DNA from: a virus
IMG/VR virus record: IMGVR_UViG_3300018424_000004
Direction: 5' to 3' (one strand)
DNA length: 32,535 nt
Shown: piece after piece, positions 31,581-32,535 of the stretch
Layout: each line of letters opens with the position of its first letter
Numbering within the stretch: position 1 is the first letter of the stretch
Notes under the pieces: generated by a model
Database searches by the model: none
Seen by the model: only the letters and a program-made list of their open reading frames with translations
Told to the model about the DNA's origin: nothing
Made by a program: the position numbers and the translations under genes

Positions 31581-31743
31581 ATCGAGAAAAATAGAGGTTT
31601 TTTATTTGCCGGAAACCGGCAAGGTTCGTGTGGTTGTTGACCATGACGGCGGTAGCGTTTCTTTCACGATTTCCCCTGAAAAATGGAATAAATTGGTCGT
31701 TGATACGTCTGTTATGATGGCGGAGATGAGGCGTGAAAAATAG
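31567..31743 (+). CDS. Hypothetical 58-aa protein
   Basis: This is the 3' part of ORF 31522..31743. The ATG at 31567 (or 31573) overlaps the upstream gene end. Confidence 0.4.
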   Translation: MKMNESRKIEVFYLPETGKVRVVVDHDGGSVSFTISPEKWNKLVVDTSVMMAEMRREK

Positions 31744-32017
31744 CCTTCTTTACTGGCTTGGTATACCGGGCGCTATTGTTGCGTGTGTGACGGCTGTTTA
31801 TGCAGCAACAGATTATATGGGCGTCCGGCCTGTTATGGTGCGAGAGTTAAATAAGCTTGAAACCGTTGTTTCCGCTAATCAACAGGGTGTCCAACTGATT
31901 CAATGGCAGATACTAGACCAGCGCAGGAAAACTAAGGGATTATCGCCGAGTGATATGGTTATTTATTGCAGATTATCCAAGGAATTAGGCTTTGCGGGAA
32001 AGGGTTGCTCAAAATGA
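31733..32017 (+). CDS. N-terminal single-TM protein upstream of the endolysin (holin or i-spanin-like)
   Basis: GTG start. LLYWLGIPGAIVACVTAVYAA is a TM segment, followed by a soluble helical domain. The stop overlaps the endolysin ATG (ATGA). Confidence 0.45.
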   Translation: MKNSLLYWLGIPGAIVACVTAVYAATDYMGVRPVMVRELNKLETVVSANQQGVQLIQWQILDQRRKTKGLSPSDMVIYCRLSKELGFAGKGCSK

Positions 32018-32325
32018 AGATAAAACCGGGCGTGAGAATTTTTGGTATTCAGCCGCCAATAGCCACGGCGATGGTTATTGTTGATGATGCTTACAAGAAA
32101 TACGGCGCGGAATTGGTTATTACGTCAGGGTCGGAAGGGCGGCACAGCCCTAATTCGCTGCATTATTGCGGTTTAGCTTTTGATGCTAGAACGAAAAACC
32201 TACCATCGGGGGTGGATCGTGCCAGTCTTCTGGACTTAATCAGAACATCGCTAGGTCCGGCTTTTGATGTTATTGACGAAGGCAATCATTTACACATAGA
32301 ACTAGACCCTAAAAAGGAGTTTTAG
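32014..32325 (+). CDS. Endolysin, peptidase M15 family (zinc D-Ala-D-Ala / L-Ala-D-Glu peptidase type)
   Basis: ITSGSEGRHSPNSLHYCGLAFDAR (H..G.A.D) and EGNHLHIELD (HxH) are zinc-ligand motifs. The ATG at 32014 is coupled to the upstream gene. Confidence 0.7.
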   Translation: MKIKPGVRIFGIQPPIATAMVIVDDAYKKYGAELVITSGSEGRHSPNSLHYCGLAFDARTKNLPSGVDRASLLDLIRTSLGPAFDVIDEGNHLHIELDPKKEF

Positions 32326-32517
32326 ATGAAAGCATTGTTTGGTTTTTTACCGAAAGTCGTTGGGAAGGGTGCCGCTTTTGTGGCTCAATACGCTCAGAAG
32401 AAACCCGGCGAAACAAATGTTATGGGGTATCTCGCTATGGCAGCCGGGGCTTATTTCGGTGTCGATAAGGCGGATATGATTAAGGTATTGGAGGGGCTTA
32501 TCAGTCTGTTAAAATGA
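32326..32517 (+). CDS. Small amphipathic/hydrophobic protein after the endolysin (holin, antiholin or disruptin-like candidate)
   Basis: MKALFGFLPKVVGKGAAFVAQYAQKK is a cationic amphipathic N-terminus, and GYLAMAAGAYFG is a glycine-zipper-like segment. It starts one base after the endolysin stop. Confidence 0.45.
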   Translation: MKALFGFLPKVVGKGAAFVAQYAQKKPGETNVMGYLAMAAGAYFGVDKADMIKVLEGLISLLK

Positions 32518-32535
32518 AGCGTATAAAAACATGGC
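32413..32535. repeat. Terminal direct repeat, right copy (identical to 1..123)
   Basis: Exact 123-bp identity with the window start. Confidence 0.95.

Overview
The window is one complete tailed-phage genome closed on itself. Bases 1-123 recur exactly at 32413-32535, so the unique length is 32412 bp. No similarity search could be run, so every family call rests on motifs read by eye from the translations.

Layout:
- Back-to-back early promoters sit at 4472-4551.
- The leftward early operon (4449 down to about 1078) encodes small acidic, zinc-finger and micro-proteins. It also carries a recombination module: a Rad52-like annealase, an inserted HNH endonuclease, a small protein with an SSB-type DDSIPF tail, and a NinB/Orf-like protein.
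- The rightward early operon (4558-9478) encodes a Cro/YdaS-like HTH, a NinG/Rap-like protein, wHTH proteins, and an O-like initiator with an internal iteron array. It continues with a frameshift-split zinc-ribbon/TOPRIM/helicase, a DnaA-domain-IV-like protein and a DUF6456-like protein.
- A consensus promoter followed by a promoter-proximal terminator (9486-9564) heads a roughly 23 kb late operon.
- The late operon encodes a ParB-methyltransferase, TerS, TerL, a P22-like portal, scaffold and P22-like coat. These are followed by adaptor/hub candidates, two fibre proteins, a LamG-like protein, three ejection-type proteins, an accessory cluster and an M15-peptidase lysis cassette.
- A class-3 lipase and a serine-recombinase remnant occupy the junction between the operon ends.

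I found no tRNA, rRNA, CRISPR array, intact integrase or CI-type repressor.

Most interesting candidates:
- A GafY/GafZ-like (Q-like) late-gene antitermination switch.
- Sugar-transferase-like and acetyltransferase-like genes embedded in the virion module.
- An origin embedded in the initiator gene.
- Two apparently leaderless transcription units, one of them antisense inside the late operon.
- A spanin-less lysis cassette next to a lipase.
- An HTH-metallophosphoesterase accessory cluster.
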